A stretch of 64,000 nucleotides of DNA. It comes from Leucoraja ocellata (Eukaryota). This document shows, piece after piece, positions 60,799 to 64,000 of the stretch. Each line of letters begins with the position of its first letter. The first letter of the stretch is position 1. The translations under genes were made by a program, and so were the position numbers. Under the pieces are notes generated by a model, which saw only the letters and a program-made list of their open reading frames with translations, had not been told where the DNA came from and ran no database searches. The DNA lies in the NCBI GenBank assembly GCA_036785375.1, contig JAWMAR010000328.1, positions 620,001 through 684,000 on the forward strand, in the 5' to 3' direction.

Positions 60799-62359
60799 CT
60801 GGAGCAGAATGAAGCAATCAATTTTTAATAGTTATATTCTTGTAAATCGGACACCCAACTATGTATTTTTGTAAAGCCAACGTGTACAGAAATCTATCCC
60901 ATCCCTTTCACAATAATTCATATTCACGGCTTCTACACAGATGGTTACCTTCAATATTTATTCAATCAAAATCACTGCACTCAGCTTGGGTTCACTAATG
61001 TCAAATTGCAATAATTCTCAATGCTTATCATGGTTCACTTGCTTATTTGCTGTATTTAGTCATACCATACAAATGAACATCTAGAGTGAAGTTCTATTAG
61101 TGTAGATTTTTTCAATAAAATTGAACTGTATGAATTACAATTTAAGAATCGGTATACCAAAGACAATCTGAATTCAGCAGTCTCCCACCAAGCTGCCACC
61201 CAGCTTCCTTCAGATGAATATAATAAATATACTTAAATGGAAAAAATAATCTAACAATCTATACATGGTTTTGACCCACTCTATTTTATTGATATCATCT
61301 CAGATCTCAGTTGCTCAGGCTCCCTTGCCAGGTAGAAGTCGTTCTTGAAAGAAAACACTGGTTCAATTAGTTGTGGACTTGAAATTGATCCACTAAACAG
61401 ATTAAACCATAGCCCCAGTATCTCAAATGCTGAATGTGTGAAAAAAAAATCTTTGCTGTCAATTCCTTCCAAGGAAACAGATTCATGATTAAAATGACAT
61501 TTAACAGCAATTTCAAAATAATCAGGAGCAGGCTATTAAGCCCGTTGAGCCTGCTTAGCCATTCAACAGGTACATGGCTGATCTTCTACCTCAAGACATT
61601 TTTTTACCCATATCCTGCGATTTCTTTAATTTCTAGAAATCTATCGATCTGAATGCCATCAATGATTGTGTTTCCATATCTCTCCAGGATACAGAATTCC
61701 AATTATTCAACACAATCATATTCAATCCATGCAACTATTATTACCGCCATTTCCATGTGTTCAAACCTTGCTCTCCAACCTTGCTCTGTGGGACATTGTT
61801 GAAAGCGTTCTTATTATTCATATGGATTTCACCCTCCTCTCCCAGAAAAAAATCACCAAAAAATTAATCAATCAAGATTTTGCTCGATCATATTATCTAA
61901 GTGTTTTGACATCACATATTTTATTATAGACTCTCAACATGTCCCAACACTAGGTTAACAGGTCAGTAGTCTCGTTTTCTCTCACTCTCCTTTCTTAATG
62001 AGCAGTCATGCATGCCATCCTCAATCTGAGGGAACTATACCAGGCCTCAGCGTTTGAAGTTTGGGTTTATGATCTTCCAAATTGAAAATAGTAACAACAG
62101 TAAACACATAATTGTGAATTAACAAAAGCAAATATGTGATCAACCAAATCTCTGAAATTTAAATAAGTGGTGGTTAGACTAACTTATAGTTCACTTAACT
62201 GAAGAAATAACAACCGAATGCACCTCAGTGTCTATTACTTGGCACAGCAAATATATATTTATACATATTCCCTGGCATACTCTGAATACTAACAATACTA
62301 CTGCCTTTCTGCACTGAGTTGAGGATAGGTGACAAAACATCCCCCATGATTGTTATGCC

Positions 62360-62425
62360 TGCATGGACGTGTTCTCAGTCCTTTACTCCCTATACACTCA
62401 TGACTGTGCGGCCAAATTCTGCTCT
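62360..62425 (+). mobile_element. Rex1 RT remnant
   Basis: gtgttctcagtcctttactccctatacactcatgactgtgcggccaaattc, resembling VLSPLLYSLYTHDCAAKF. Confidence 0.55.
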
Positions 62426-62759
62426 TGCTGGAGAGTTCAGGTTAGTCCAGGGTTCAATTAATTCACATGTTTAAGTTATAAAAGTAACAGATGAGCCAAG
62501 AGAAGGTCAGATACAGACGCAGTTATGGAGATGGAAGTGGGAAGTCCTTACAATCAACACCAATACTGCAATTTATGCCAAAGACAGAAAATACTGGTTT
62601 TAGTCTAAAATTTTTATTTGGAGAACATTTCTTCTTATCAAGAACTCTGTGCCTTGGGATCAAAGATAACTCGCTTTTGCTCCATTTTGGGGGATTGAGG
62701 TAATTAACGAGGCTAACACGAGAACAAAGACTCTTGGGGCAGGGGGCGGACAAAGGGTA

Positions 62760-63060
62760 GGAAGTTTGAGGTGGTGGTCATCTTTATGACACCTACACAG
62801 GGTCACTGCAACCTCCCAAAGCATGGCCTCAATTGTCTTAAACCCAGCACAAGGGCTTCTTTGCCACTTTGAATGGTCATGGGCCTGAGGTTGCCAGGAG
62901 TCTGTGGGGATATGACAATTCAACATCTCCTCGAATCCTTCGTCCACTTGGAAATTTTCTTCTACGACAGAATTCAGAACAATGACTGTATCAGCAGTCT
63001 GGTGTCGGACGTGTGAATAACATGACCAGCTAACTGAGAGTAAACAGGGTTCAGTGCACA
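62760..63060 (-). mobile_element. Degraded RTE-clade LINE 3' fragment
   Basis: ORF 62660..63061 contains CHIPTDSWQPQAHDHSKWQRS, resembling RTE CNIPTDSWESLAHDRSKWRR. Confidence 0.6.
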
Positions 63061-63164
63061 CAAAGCTGGTCAGAGACAGGATGCTAATGCCAGTTCACTT
63101 ATGAATATGGAACTCAAAAAATATCCTCCATCATAGTGCCAGAAGAAGTTGTGAACCAGCTTAA

Positions 63165-63630
63165 TAATATAATAATATATCTTTATTGTCATTGAAGAAG
63201 AACAACGAGATTAAGATTGCAACCTCTGTATCGATGCTATAACATAAACAAATAAGGTAAAAGTACAAATAGGTCCATGTACACTGAGGTTAAAAATTAC
63301 AGCAGCTGTCACTGTGTTGAGATAAGTTGATTATGGGGACAAAGACAGATTATGGGGGATGCTTAGCAGAATGATTCAGTGCAGTTGTAGATCTAGGGAA
63401 AAAGCTATTTCTCAGTCTGGAGGCGCGGGCGTAAAAGGCCTTATAACGTCTGCCAGATGCAAGAATTTCAAACAGACGATGGCAGTAGTGTGTGGAGTCC
63501 TTACAGATGCTGATGACTTTTCTGAGGCAGCGTGCGTTGCAGAACTGTGCTTTCTTGACCAGTGCAGTGGTGTTACTGGACCACGTGAGATCCTCTGAAA
63601 TGTGTGTGCCCAGAAACCTGAAGCTAGTTT
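63165..63630 (-). mobile_element. Internally deleted Rex1/Babar 3' fragment
   Basis: ORF SFRFLGTHISEDLTWSSNTTALVKKAQ...ASGRRYKAFYARASRLRNSFFP; tttattgtcatt tail. Confidence 0.8.
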
Positions 63631-63776
63631 CTGAAAACATTGAAAACCCTTTTTTGTAACTTTTCTCACAGGGGACACAAAGACATCAATCATAATCAAG
63701 GTGCCCAGCTCTTAAACAACACAACTGAAATTAAATAAAAGCTGTAGCAAATGAAAATCATATGACATTTATTTAC

Positions 63777-63886
63777 CTATAATGAGACCGAGAATTCTGT
63801 ATGGAAAGAAGCAAGATGCAACAAAGAGAAGCCACAAGCCCATGTACAACTTCTGTGTAATTTCTGGATGTACCCACATAAATAAG
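63777..63886 (-). CDS. GRAMD4: GRAMD4 coding exon (transmembrane region); gene continues beyond the window end
   Basis: Minus strand ttcttacag|C TTA TTT ATG TGG...ATT ATA G|gtaaat; 110 nt; translates (N)LFMWVHPEITQKLYMGLWLLFVASCFFPYRILGLII(G), matching my recollection of GRAMD4 NLFMWVQPEITQKLYVALW...CFFPYRLVGL. Confidence 0.93.
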
Positions 63887-64000
63887 CTGTAAGAATAAGA
63901 AAAGAGATTACAATAGGCAGCACAAACTCTTATCAAATTGTTCTGGTTAGTACAGAGAGCAATTGAAAAACTTACTTCTTAATTTTTTCTAGTACATCTG

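Overview
This is vertebrate genomic DNA. The repeats (V-SINE/HE1-type SINEs, CR1, Rex1/Babar and Penelope remnants) point to a cartilaginous fish, probably a skate or ray; that assignment is an inference. The one host gene I recognise is the 3' part of GRAMD4 on the minus strand. It has seven coding exons between 63886 and 45486, all with GT-AG boundaries and consistent phases, and a 3'UTR of about 2.4 kb ending near an AATAAA at 43124-43129. An in-frame 18-nt candidate microexon (LSGFEK, 60100-60117) lies in one of its introns. Positions 1-43 kb hold no protein gene I recognise and are dominated by transposon debris, which explains nearly all ORFs in the supplied track. The most interesting signals are: (i) many Penelope-derived, often palindromic, short elements carrying a minimal hammerhead-ribozyme core; (ii) the microexon; (iii) a family of GC-rich non-coding retroelements with Rex1-like tails; (iv) several non-autonomous DNA transposons with clear termini; (v) a duplicated ~190-bp block downstream of GRAMD4; (vi) a weakly supported spliced plus-strand transcript. 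All family assignments come from recalled motifs; no database search was run. Repeat boundaries are approximate unless a TSD or TIR is quoted.
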